Positions 1 to 11,600 of a stretch of DNA of 64,000 bases are shown here, one piece after another; the first letter of the stretch is position 1; each line of letters starts with the position of its first letter. The notes beneath the pieces were generated by a model. That model was not told where the DNA came from and did not search any database. It worked only from the letters and a program-made list of their open reading frames with translations. The stretch comes from Takakia lepidozioides (Eukaryota > Plantae > Bryophyta). The position numbers and the translations under genes were made by a program. The stretch is from assembly GCA_030704615.1 (NCBI GenBank), contig CM060731.1:63302001-63366000 (forward strand), written 5' to 3'.

Positions 1-238
1 GGCATGGAGTATTGCTCAAGAGGTTGCAACATAGCAACCACTGGACGTGTCCTCTACCTCTAAGCCCACTGGACTTAAGGTTGCAGTTACGGAGGACAAT
101 TGGGAGCCTGACATTGGACCCATTGTCACCGGAGGAGAGAAACGACGTATACGGCGGTTCCTGAGGGCTTACAGGAATTGCTTTGCCTTCAGCTTGAAGG
201 ACTTGGGAACACTGAAGGGTCAAGAGATTCGTATTGAG
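1..238 (+). mobile_element. Ty3/Gypsy pol fragment (linker just upstream of RT)
   Basis: ORF 47..241 'LRAYRNCFAFSLKDLGTLKGQEIRIE' resembles the Gypsy pre-RT segment seen in this window at 28110-28200 (KYRDVFAWSYEDLKGI..HKIEL). Confidence 0.6.
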
Positions 239-1651
239 TAAACAAAAACAAGAAAACATAACAGCATCTTCAGCTTAGTGGTTTCAATACCAAGATTGTG
301 GGCCCATAATCTATTGACAGAGTTTATAAATCTACACACATCTACAACGAGATTTCACAGCCTGAGTCCTACGGTCTGTATATTCAGACATGAGAGAGAG
401 AGAGAGCACAACAAGACAACTGTGTTTGATTCTTGAAAAACAAGATTTCATATCAATCAGGCTTCACGTCTATCTGTATTTTGTCCAGTAACGAGCAGTC
501 AATATATTTGACCAGCTGTCACTAATTTAAAATCAAACTCCTCATGATGAAGGTGTGTGGATGTAAATTGTTGTAATCCTACATACAGCTGCGCTTCGAA
601 GTAATTGTGCAGGTTATCCATGACATTGCCCATGAATCAAGCAAGCAATTAATGTGCCTAGAGTGTCAGATTGCGACCTACTTGGTTGACTACTCCTCCT
701 TTGGCTGCGAGGGAATTGTCATCACCATAACCACTCTGCCTGTAGTGAGCTGTGGTGTGATGCTCAAATCTCGTGCTAAGGGCGGGATTCTCCTTCCCTC
801 AGTAGCGCATGCAAGTTTTGAACTCACGGGATTCTCAATTCTTCCCGAGCCTTGCACACAAAACACTAATCCATTCTTAGAAGATACATGTAAGAAGATG
901 TGATGGAACACTTTGAGAGTACCAGATTATGGACCCCTTGTCTCTCTCCTTGATAGACTTGATAGAAAGCCAGCCCTGATGATATGTGTTGAGGTACCAG
1001 GCCCACCTCTGGCCTCACCATACCTCAGCTATGGAGCCTATGAAGTGACAACTTTCCTAGCAACTGGCCCTTCCCTGCAGCTGCCTTGGACGATAGAGAC
1101 ATCAACTGGAGACACCAGAAGAACTGAGACTCCAAAGCGATTGGGTCCACCAGAACTTTAAATCGAGAAACATTGAAGCTGATCGACCTCTCTTGCCTGG
1201 GAGTGACGATCTAACTTTCGTCCATCTCCCTTCACTACACTGCGTCCGTCTTCCATTAATTCGTCTGGTGCTCAGTGGCCCACCCCAAGCAACGACGCTT
1301 TGACAATTTCCGTTCAAAACTCAGAACGCTTGGCAGCGTGGAAGGCATCGACAATCAACTCCTGCGGTACACAGTTGACTAGACCGCGAAAAGGAGGCAG
1401 AGATCCGTTGAACACGAGGATTGTCCCGACTGCTCAAGTAGTGATCGTGAGATTCACAACCCAGTTTTGCGTAACAAATCCACCGAGCTCCCCACACCTT
1501 CCGACGTCACCATCCAGTCACCATCCCTCCCTCAGTTATTGCACTGGTTTCTGGAGGGCCCCGTTCCGACAGTAGACTGAATTTTGAGCTTAGGGACGAC
1601 GCGCTTTCACCTCAAAAGATATCCAGGTTGTCGTATATTAGAGCTGATCCT

Positions 1652-1735
1652 TACATATAGCCCTGAAGTTCCGCCTCAGTCATCTCCCTCTCTCTCTCTC
1701 TCTCTCTTCTCTTTGTGCGCTCTCCACCTCCTCTC
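1652..1735 (+). promoter_or_regulatory. Putative core promoter / pyrimidine-rich leader of the lipase gene
   Basis: TACATATAG followed by a (CT)n tract. The same arrangement is conserved upstream of all three intact copies (13377-13455 on +; ~20010-20065 on -). Confidence 0.4.
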
Positions 1736-1939
1736 TACTTGTGAACCATTTTGAGTCTGCAGAAAGCTGACAACAACCTCTCTCTCATCCAAGCTCAAGC
1801 TCCTAATCAGATTTAACGAATATATAACTGGTGAAGCGATTGTTTACACAAACTAAGTTCACATTTTAGGGCTTTCCAGAGCTAAAATTTATACAAAGGA
1901 GCTCGGTGTGGCACGATACGATCTAGACCAGCTACAAGA

Positions 1940-3232
1940 ATGGCTGGTTTACAGATAGCGAAGTCGTTCAAAAATAGGGACACCAAGTTGCAGGTGCACG
2001 ACTACTCGAACATAGATGGAATTGAGCACATCAAACAAGAAGTTAATGATGCTCTCATAGCATCAAGGGCAGCTTACGAGTCCACAAGCGAGGGCGCGGT
2101 CGAGATCTTAAATAGAAGCTATGACTTGGATACCAGCCAGTATGAGCTTATCTACCACCGAGATCTGGCCAACTCCATGGCATCAGCGAGCTGTGGGGGT
2201 CAACAACAAGATTTTGTGATGGTGCGTAGCAGCAATGGGTACATCATCGTGGCCTGCCGTGGAACCTTCTCTATCTCTGACATCGTCCAAGATGTGAAGA
2301 TTGCCAAGGTTCCTGTTCCTTCCACCAAAAAAGGTCGTGCACAAATCGGGTTCGTGGAGCGGGCAATGTGCTTGCCGATCGATCTGTTCCTAAATTTGCT
2401 GAGAGCAGGAGAGAAACTCCTTTTCACTGGGCATTCATTGGGGGGTGCAGTGACCTCTCTCGTAGCAATAAGGGTTCTGGAGACTTTGGCTGCTGTTCAT
2501 GGGCACGGGAAAATTTCCAGGGACAGGGTAAAATGCATCACATTTGGGACGGCACCGTTTGCCAACCTTGAGCTTGCAGACCATGTCAATTCGCAGTATC
2601 GAGAGTTTTTCTATAATTTGGTGTCCAAGCATGACGTGGTTCCTCGTGCACACAATTTAGCTCCCCAGGTTTTCTTCCCAGCAGCAAAGTGGTTGGTTGA
2701 CACGATGAGCGAGATATGGGAGGTCCAGACCAGCAAGGCCATCATAGAGACCATGACGGGTATGCCGGTGGTGAAAGTGGCGAACAAGCTGGAGGAGAAC
2801 ATACAGTGGTTGTGGCCAGCTACCCGACTGTTTGAGTACATTCTTGACTGTGCAGCTGGTGACGAGGAGGCTGTCTTCTATGGCCATTGTGGGTACCTAG
2901 TTCTCCTCGATCCTGAGGCTCAAAATCCGAAATCTGTCATTCACATCGATGACATGGAGAGTTTGGGCAATGAGTTTGGCTTTGAAGGAAAATCTTTTGT
3001 TGACATCTTTGGGGAGCATGGGTTGGCAAACTATTACGGATGCCTGCTGAAAACTCTGTCGACCGTAAATGATCCTTCTTGTGAGTTGAAGCTGCCTCCA
3101 TCGGAATTTTTCGCTCCCAGTCAGCGACTTCCTGTAAGCGTTACCACGTCCATGCTGTCCAATCTGTCTCCCAGGTCTCTCTTGGTGCAGCTCAAAAGAT
3201 TCATATTGAGAGCGAGTGGCAACGACTTCTAG
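1940..3232 (+). CDS. Class 3 lipase / alpha-beta hydrolase (Lipase_3), intronless, copy 1
   Basis: 430-aa ORF with IIVACRGT, nucleophile motif TGHSLGG, KCITFG, HDVVPR (catalytic Asp) and EHGL (candidate His). A CT-rich leader lies upstream. Confidence 0.9.
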   Translation: MAGLQIAKSFKNRDTKLQVHDYSNIDGIEHIKQEVNDALIASRAAYESTSEGAVEILNRSYDLDTSQYELIYHRDLANSMASASCGGQQQDFVMVRSSNGYIIVACRGTFSISDIVQDVKIAKVPVPSTKKGRAQIGFVERAMCLPIDLFLNLLRAGEKLLFTGHSLGGAVTSLVAIRVLETLAAVHGHGKISRDRVKCITFGTAPFANLELADHVNSQYREFFYNLVSKHDVVPRAHNLAPQVFFPAAKWLVDTMSEIWEVQTSKAIIETMTGMPVVKVANKLEENIQWLWPATRLFEYILDCAAGDEEAVFYGHCGYLVLLDPEAQNPKSVIHIDDMESLGNEFGFEGKSFVDIFGEHGLANYYGCLLKTLSTVNDPSCELKLPPSEFFAPSQRLPVSVTTSMLSNLSPRSLLVQLKRFILRASGNDF

Positions 3233-4220
3233 GATCCTTTCAAGCACTTGTAGCATGAAACTTGAGAGATGGAACATTTGTACAAATATACAGTGAAACA
3301 CACCCAGGGGTGCCAGAGACCAAAGTGCTTGAGACCATTGAAGTGCTCTGCATGTATCTCGCAAGCCCCAGAAAGAAGGATTTCCTTCAAAAGCAATGCC
3401 CACATGAATTCCTACAGTTTATGAAGTCGATCACATTGATCAATCATTAGCCACTTCAAGGGGTACAACTTACTGAATGTTACAGTAGTTACTGAGCCCT
3501 ACAAGGACCCAACCAAAGGAATGCTCTACTTAGAGCAGGTTGGATATTTAGAGCCAGGTGTAGAATACATCGAGAGAGACCAAAACAAGAGAACAGGACG
3601 TGGACACTTGTGTATTAGTAGTTAGTTGGCTAACTAGATTTGGATCTATCCAATTTTGATCCCAGATTGTCCCAGTTTCCAACGATGATATAAAATGATA
3701 CGATGGTACGTGTGCCACTTGATGATCTCAATATTGAATCAAACTCAGAATTTGAGCAAGGGCAGGAATGTTGAATGTCATCCTACCGTCTACAGCTATC
3801 TGAATCTCTAGGCACACTAACATGCCATTTGCGAACTGGAGAAGGTCGGCGTATTACTTGGCAGCTCGGAGTAACCAATTCATAGCCAAGCCTAATGCGG
3901 CATTTACGCTCCAGCAGTTTATTCAATTTTGGGTCCACTTAAAACTATGGAGCCGGGAACAGTATGACTATCATGAATCTCTGATGCTCAGACTTGCAAA
4001 AGAAAGTTTCACCTTTTGGTCCCAAACGTGCTGGAGAGTCAATCTTCGCTTATGACGGTCGACATGAAATTGATAAGGTTCTAAGTCTAATCCCTGACCC
4101 CTTTGCTTCTACACCATTCACTTGTTTATTATGTCAGCAGACACACTGATGAATGTATTGTACTATTTTCCTGTGCGGATGTCAGTACTATGAATTCAAC
4201 ATACTCGGACCTTGTTTATC

Positions 4221-4527
4221 TCCGAAATCAGTCATTCACATCGATGACATGGAGAGTTTGGGCAACGAGTTTGGCTTTGAAGGAAAATCGTTTGTTGACA
4301 TCTTTGGGGAGCATGGGTTGGAAAACTATTACGGATGCCTGCTGAAAACTCTGTCGACCGTAAATGATCCTTCTTGTGAGTTGAAGCTGCCTCCATCGGA
4401 ATTTTTCGCTCCCAGTCAGCGACTTCCTGTAAGCGTTACCACGTCCATGCTGTCCAATCTGTCTCCCAGGTCTCTCTTGGTGCAGCTCAAAAGATTCATA
4501 TTGAGAGCGACTGGAAATGACTTCTAG
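4221..4527 (+). pseudogene. 3' fragment of the lipase gene (last ~100 codons) in a truncated duplicated unit extending to ~5515
   Basis: 4221-5515 repeats 2927-4220 and 14660-15577 and encodes KSVIHIDD...GNDF*. The 5' two-thirds of the gene is missing. Confidence 0.85.
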
Positions 4528-5514
4528 GATCCTTTCAAGCACTTATAGAATGAAACTTGAGAGATAGAACATTTGTACAAATATACAGTGAAACATACCC
4601 AGGGGTGCCAGAGACCAAAGTGCTTGAGACCAAAGTACTCTGCATGCATCTCGCAAGCCCCAGAAAGAACGATTTCTTTCAAAATCAATGCCCACATGAA
4701 TTCCTAGTACAGTTTACGAAGTCGATCACATTGATCAATCATTAGCCACTTCAAGGGCTACAACCTACTGAACATCAGTTACTGAGCCCTGCAAGGATCC
4801 AAGCAAAGGAATGCTCTACTTAGAGCAGGTTGGATTTGGAGCCAGGTGTAGGATACATCGAGAGAGACCCAACAAGACAACAGGACAATTGCGTATTAGT
4901 AGTTACTGCGTACTAAATTTGGATCCATCCAAGTTTGACGGCCACTGTCTTGTCCCAGTTTGCAACAATGATACAAAATGATACCATGGTACGTGTGCAA
5001 CTCGAGAATCTCAATATTGAATCAAACTCAGCATCTGAGCGAGGCAGGAGGCATCTGAGGGAGGCATCTGAGGCGGTGTCATCCTACTACAGCGATCTGA
5101 ATCTCTAGATTCACTAACTTGCCATTTGCAAACGAGAACTGGAGTTGGTCGGCGTATTACTCGGCAGCTCGGAGTAACCAATTCATAGCCAAGCGTAATG
5201 CAACCTTTAGGCTCCAGCAGTGTATTCAATTTTGGACTTAAAACAATGGAGCCGGGAACAGTACATGAATATGAATCTGATACTCAGACTTGCAAAAGAA
5301 AAGTTTCACCTTTTGGTCCCTTAGGTGCTGGGGAGTCACATCTTCGCTTATGACGACATGAAATTGAGAAGGTTCCAAGTCTAAACCCTGACCCCTAACC
5401 TTGCTTCTACACCATTCACTTGTTTATTATGTCAGCAACACACTGATGAATGGTTTCTACTATTTTCCTGTGCGGATGTCAGTACTATGAATTCAACATA
5501 CTCCCATGTTTATC

Positions 5515-5780
5515 TCAGTTGCTGTTTAAGGGGTCACAATTTTCAGCAGAGGCCAACCATCCCAGGGGTAGTAGTCGTTTGAAACTCTGTTCTTTATTAT
5601 GCTTATGTAGCTGACTACCACAAAGCACGAAGCGGTGTGAGAAGATTGAAGATGTACAACTGCCTCCAGACCGATGGGCGCCCTTGCATTCAGCAGATTT
5701 GATGACCATATTGTAAAAGGTTTTAACGCCATGAATGCTCCAGTGATCCTCTGTGTTGTACATAGCCATTTCAAGAGGCA
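5515..5780 (-). pseudogene. C-terminal remnant of a divergent lipase paralog
   Basis: 'EDHWSIHGVKTFYNMVIKS...SIFSHRFVLCGSQL' aligns loosely with the lipase tail 'DIFGEHGLANYYGCLLKT...LKRFILRASGNDF'. It is homologous to 15578-15845, which is contiguous with a recognisable lipase N-terminal remnant. Confidence 0.5.
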
Positions 5781-5889
5781 ATATATAGACAGCGATCGCC
5801 GAAATGCGCGTTGGCGCATCAGTCGACCACAACAACGACGGAAGATCACTGCGGAATCTTGAGCACCCTTGCTCGTACTTCTCCTGAAC

Positions 5890-5985
5890 GCGCTGGAGAT
5901 AATCTGAAGGTTGATCAGACCAGATATATTATAAAGAAGCTGCACACAAGTATGGATATGACGAGACTGAGTCATGCCATGACTG
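5890..5985 (+). mobile_element. Older Copia RT fragment, left half (interrupted by the younger Copia)
   Basis: Encodes 'LKVDQTRYIIKKL..KYGYD..HAMT', matching 'MRIDQSRYIQKVLEKFGYENAHAVT' of the inserted element. Confidence 0.7.
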
Positions 5986-6422
5986 TTTTGTTTTACATGC
6001 TCCTGATAACTAAACATAGACACTGTCAGCATAGACACTGTCAACAGTGGACAGATTTAGACATGTACTTAGACAAGCACAAATGCACTCACAGATGTGC
6101 AGAATACACACTCAGCAAGCAAACAGCTGAAGATCTACAAATCTGAGCATTACAGGATTCAATGGTCATTGAATTAATTGTCACCAGACTAGGCTGTCCA
6201 TCGTCACCTCATTACACACCTACGTAGCAGCAGGTCGAGAGCAACGTCTCTAGCTCATAAAAACAAAGGCAGCAGAAACTACAGTCCAAGAATGGCAATA
6301 TATAACATAAAGAAAACTAACTAGCAACTAACTATCTGAAGAGAAAGTAACATGTAACAGATTATAGTCAGTAGTGCACATTGCTCACTGGTAAACTGAC
6401 TACTTGATGATATCATTCAACA
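5986..6422 (-). repeat. 3' LTR of the Copia element
   Basis: Near-identical to 10747-11185, differing mainly by short tandem duplications. Confidence 0.93.
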
Positions 6423-9400
6423 CTCCCACTAGTGAACCACTGGGCATTGTAGCAATTTCCTCTTGCAATCTGGGTGGCAGCCGTGCTACTTAGGTGTTTG
6501 TAACACCTAGGAGTTCCCGCATTCGCAGGAACTTATCAGGAGCCAACCCCTTCGTCAGAACGTCTGCAATTTGGTTCGCTGTCCCCACGTACTCGACGCT
6601 AATCTCTCCCGCTTCATATTTCTCACGGATGAAGTGATACTTGACATCCACATGCTTAGTACGCTGGTGGAACTCCGGGTTCTTGACGAGGCGAATGCAC
6701 GCCTGGTTGTCCGAGTAAAGTGGGGTGGGTGTCTCTGCAGCAAACCCTACATCTCCCAACAGCCTCCTCAGCCACACTACCTCTTTGGTCGCAACAAAAC
6801 CTGCGATATACTCGGCCTTGTGGTGCTCGTTGCTGTGCATGTCTGTTTACGGCTCACCCAGCTGACCAGTCCACCGTTTAGGAACACTACAACACCAGTG
6901 CGAGACTTCCTGTCATCCGCATCCCCCGCATAGTCTGAATCGCAATAGGCCTTGAGTGCATGTGGCGGCTCTTGCCCCCCATAGGTAATTCCTAAATTGG
7001 GTACTCCATTCAGATACCTCAGGATCCGTTTTACCGCCGAGCAGTGCGATTTGAGCAATATTTTGCGGCAGTGCTGATTGCATAGGTAATATCTGGCCGT
7101 GTTCCCAAGCTGGCAAATTGCAAGCTTCCAATGATCTCCCTGTAAGGGAATTCTGGCTCTTCCTCCTCACCCTGTGTAGATATCACATCCAGACGAACGT
7201 GTGGATCAATAGGAGTGGTTACAGCATGTGCATTTTCATACCCAAACTTCTCGAGCACCTTCTGAATGTACCTGCTCTGGTCAATTCTCATGGTCCTTGC
7301 TTCCCTGTTCCGAGTAACATGCAACCCGACATAGATCTCTGGCAGACCTTTGGTGATGGTGAAGGCCTCTCCCATATAGGACAAGATCTCGTTCACTCTT
7401 CCAGTCTTCCTGCTACAGGCCAACCCGTCGTCGACAAATATAGTGACAAGTAGCTTGGGATTCATCTGCCCAAAATAAACGCATGAATCGGCCGAGCTTG
7501 GCACTAGATCGTATATTGTCAGAAACGCGTTGAAACGCTTAATGTTCCAAACCCTGCTTGCCTATTTTAGGCCATATAATGCCGTCTTAAGACGGCAAAC
7601 CTTTCCCTTGTTTGCTGGGTCCTCGAACCCGTGAGGTTGCTCCATGAATATAATCTCAGATAATTCCCCGTAGAGAAAAGCGGTGCGCACATCGAATTGC
7701 ACTATATCCATGTCCTCTGTAGCAGCAATCGACTGAATAGTTTGGATAGAATCGAATTTAACCACGGGTGAAAAAATCTCATGGAAATCTATTCATGCTC
7801 TTTGGGTAAACCCTTTGCAACGAGGTGCCTTGTAGCGCTCCACTCCTCCTTCAACGTTGGTCTTTACCTTGAAGACCCACTTACATCTGATGACCTGTCG
7901 TCCCTTTGGCAGGTCCTCAAGTACCCATGTCTCCTTTTGTATCAGTGAGTTGTACTCGTCTTGCATGGCCTTGAGCCATTCCTCCTTTTGCTCTGACTTC
8001 ATGGCCTCTTCAAATGATTTTGGTTCGTCGGGGATCTGTTCGATACTGGCCGTGCAGGCATATGTGTTGCGATCTATGGGGTAAATCCAGACTCCCAGTC
8101 TGGTAGGTGGGTTTCGAATCCTGGGAACCTCTTCTGCTGTCACTTCTTCTATTTCCCCCTGCTCCTCAATGCCATCATGTGGTATGTTTTCAATTTGTGC
8201 TCCTTCTTCGTTCACCACGTTTTCCGCTGTTGGTACAATCTCTCCCACTGCTTCTGTATTGTCCTCGCTGCTACTGATTACATCAGGCTCACAGTCTTGG
8301 TCTGAGTCTGGTCCGATGTCTTGTGCCACTATTGGCACTGGCTGCGGCCCTACCTCAAACAGCTCGCATATCACCGTTGGGGTTGTGTCGCTCTTACTCC
8401 CACTGTTTGGCTGCTTCTTCTCCTTGCTCAAACCAACAGATCCAGTCTCATCAAATATCACATCCCGGCTTTCCACAATCTTCTGAGAATCTGTAATCCA
8501 CACTCGGTAGGCTTTGCTTGTCTGGTTGTAACCCACAAATACTCCCTTCTTGCTTTTGGGTTCAATTTTGGTCTTGAGTGCCTTTGGCACAGGCACGTAG
8601 GCATCACACCCAAAGATCCTCATATGTGCTACTGAGGGTTTTCCTCTCGACCATGCCTCATATGGTGTGAATCCTTCCAGCGTTCTCGATGCCGTCCGAT
8701 TGAGTATGTAGACAGCCGTGAGAACCGCTTCTCCCCAGAATCGTGGGTGCACATTGCTTGAATAAATATGTCCATCACTGTGCGATTTTCCCGCTCTGAG
8801 GCCCCATTCTGTTCAGGCGAATGTGGTGCCATGAACTCATGCTTGGCTCCCAGCTCACTCATAAACTCAAAGAATTTAGTCCCAATGTATTCACCCCCCC
8901 CCCCCCCCCCCCCCCCATCACTCCTCAGGACCTTGACCTTCTCGCCTGTCTCTCTACATAGTAGTTCCACAAAATCTTGGAAGCATCTCAGTGTCTCAGA
9001 TTTAGCAGCAATGCAGTATACCACTCTGTATGCAGTTGCATCGTCCTTGAACAAAACAAAATAACTGCTGCCTCCCACTAATTGGACACTGATGGGACCG
9101 CACACATCACTGTGCACCAGATCTCCGGGTTTTGCAGCTCTAGTGCGACTTTCTTTCCATGGAAAAGTAGTTCGGGTACTCTTACAAAGAACGCACCCCT
9201 CGCAGAATTTGACGTCTCTCCCTTTCTTGGTGAGGATAAGTCCTTCAACCATGTTCTTCGTCTCCATAGTCTGAATTGCCCCGTGATGTACTTGGCCAAG
9301 TCGCCTGTGCCAAATGTTCAGATCACGACTCATCTCGGCTTGTGATATGACGCCAAAAGTACTAGCGGGGCACACCGTTTCTCTGGGTATGTCTACCTTG

Positions 9401-10746
9401 ATGTTCAACTTATACATATTGCCGCTGATCGTCCCTTCCATCACTGTTCTTCTCCCTTCGTAAAGCATTAGACATCCATTCTTGGTGTGAACTCTGACTA
9501 CTGAAAATAGGTTCCTCCGAAGATCGGGTACATAAGGAGCCTCCTTCATCACATTACTCTCCCACACCCCCATTGATCTTGACCAAAATGGAAATGTCTC
9601 CCACTCCTTTGACTAAATATTCTTGGCTCCCAATGCCAGTTACAGGGCGCTTGTACGCTGATACATCGTTGGTCTGTCATGTACTGAGTAGCACCACTAT
9701 CGGCATACCACGCTGTTGGGTCATAGTCTCCTTCCCCTTCACTGGCCATCCACGCACGATAGCTCTTATTCTCTGGTTTTTCGTCATCTTTCTTTGCTTT
9801 ACCCTCTCTACCATCTTTGTTTTCTAGACACTCTCGACCCCAGTGCCCGGTCTTTCCACATTTGAAACAACGAGTGTTCTTTTTGAGCTCAGCGATCTTG
9901 GTCCTACGCTCTTGTCTCTCTTCATAACTCACAGGTTCGGTTTCTCTTCGCTTCTGCCCTTTGACGCACTCCCACTACTACTCCCACTACTTCTCTTGCC
10001 CTTGTTCGCCAATAAGGCTTTTACACCCTCGGCTTCTTTCTCACAACGGATCTTGATCCGATTCTCTTCTCTTAGGAGTTGTAATTTGAGAATTTCTAGA
10101 TTCTTTTCTTTGTCAGGTATACTATCCCAGGCTGACAAGAAACCATCGAACTTCGCAGGCAGATGACACAGAATCTTGACCATGACATCGTTTTGATCGA
10201 ACCTGTTGTGACCCATGCTCTTCAACTAAGTGATAATCACCTGGACACGAGATATGAACGCAGACACATCCTCCTCTTCGTCCATCTGAGCTGTGTAAAA
10301 TTTCTCTGTCAGATACTGGATATTTTCACTCGCTCGTAGTTCATGAATGGTTAGCAGATTCTGCCATATCTCAGACGACGTCTCACACCCTATCAGGTTT
10401 TCAAGAATCCTTTTGTCTATCGTTGAACAAAGAATGTTGATGGCCTGACTGTCTCTCTGCCTCCACACTTCCTCGTTTGTGGACTCTTGGATTGGTTGTT
10501 CACCGCTCACTAGACCCATGAGACCCTTGCTACGAAAGATAGCCTGCATCTGATATTTCCACGTGACAAAATTGTTTCCATCGAAACGCTCAACGTTACT
10601 ACCCTCGTTTGGAGCTTCCATCTTGACCGGATCTGGATTGACACTCATAATAACCTCAACCTTTCCTGCAACTTTAACGCACAGACTGTAACACCGACAC
10701 GACAAGAATGTTTAGCAGCGGCTCATGCGCTTTGTGGGCCATAACC

Positions 10747-11185
10747 TTTTGTTTTACATGCTCCTGATAACTAAACATAGACACTGTCAACAGTGGACAG
10801 ATTTAGACATGAACTTAGACAAGCACAAATGCACTCACAGATGTGCAGAATACACACTCAGCAAGCAAACAGCTGAAGATCTACAAATCTGAGCATTACA
10901 GGATTCAATGGTCATTGAATTAATTGTCACCAGACTAGGCTGTCCATTGTCACCTCATTACACACCTACACCTACGTAGCAGCAGGTCGAGAGCAACGTC
11001 TCTAGCTCATAGAAACAAAGGCAACAGAAACTACAGTCCAAGAATGGCCATATGTAGCATAAAGAAAACTAACTAGCAACTAACTAGCAACTAACTATCT
11101 GAAGAGAAAGTAACATGTAACAGATTATAGTCAGTAGTGCACATTGCTCACTGGTAAACTGACTACTTGATGATATCATTCAACA
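10747..11185 (-). repeat. 5' LTR of the Copia element
   Basis: Begins TGTTGAATG on the minus strand and is followed directly by the PBS. Confidence 0.93.
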
Positions 11186-11600
11186 GACTGTACCTGCAGA
11201 CCCAAACAACCGCCTCGACGAGATCAGCCGCAGAGATGAAGAAGTACAGGGCAAGTTCCCATTCAAGGAGATCATTGGAAGTCTACAGTTGGCCTCCATT
11301 GGCACTAAACCAGACGGCTCCTACGCTATTGGCGCTATGCCAAGTATAGCTCTGAACCCCAAGAACAAGCGACTAGTACAACAGAAGCGGAGTATATTGC
11401 CTCAAGAACAGCCAAGAGTACCACCACCGAACAAAGCACATCGACATCTAGTACCATCTGTCAAGAGCACCAGCTGATTGGAACTATCAACACTATCAAC
11501 ATGGTTTATGTGAACACACAAAACCAGTGAGCTGATATCCTGACGAAAGCGCTCACCACCGAGAAGTTTCAGCGAATGAGAGGCCTGATTGGTCTCACAA
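11186..11600 (+). mobile_element. Older Copia RT/RNase H fragment, right half
   Basis: Encodes 'VPADPNNRLDEISRRDEEVQGKFPFKEIIGSLQLASIGTKPD' and 'ADILTKALTTEKFQRMRGLIG'. Confidence 0.8.

Larger units (their letters stand above)
5986..11185 (-). mobile_element. Full-length degenerate Ty1/Copia LTR retrotransposon
   Basis: LTRs at 5986-6422 and 10747-11185, with a 5-bp TSD GACTG (5981-5985 / 11186-11190). PPT AGTGGGAG next to the 3' LTR; PBS GGTTATGGCCCAC. Minus-strand gag (9929-10705), zinc knuckle CFKCGKTGHWGREC, protease WYADSGA, GAG-pre-integrase, integrase (HSDVCGP...SDGG..EY...PEQNGASER), RT (VQFDVRTAFLYG; IFVDDGL) and RNase H (YCDSDYAG; ADVLTKGL), with several frameshifts. Confidence 0.95.

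Noticed and set aside
8894-8916. Poly-Gly insertion in the Copia integrase (SDGGGGGGGGEY)
   Set aside because: Homopolymer slippage or sequencing error in an already frameshifted element.
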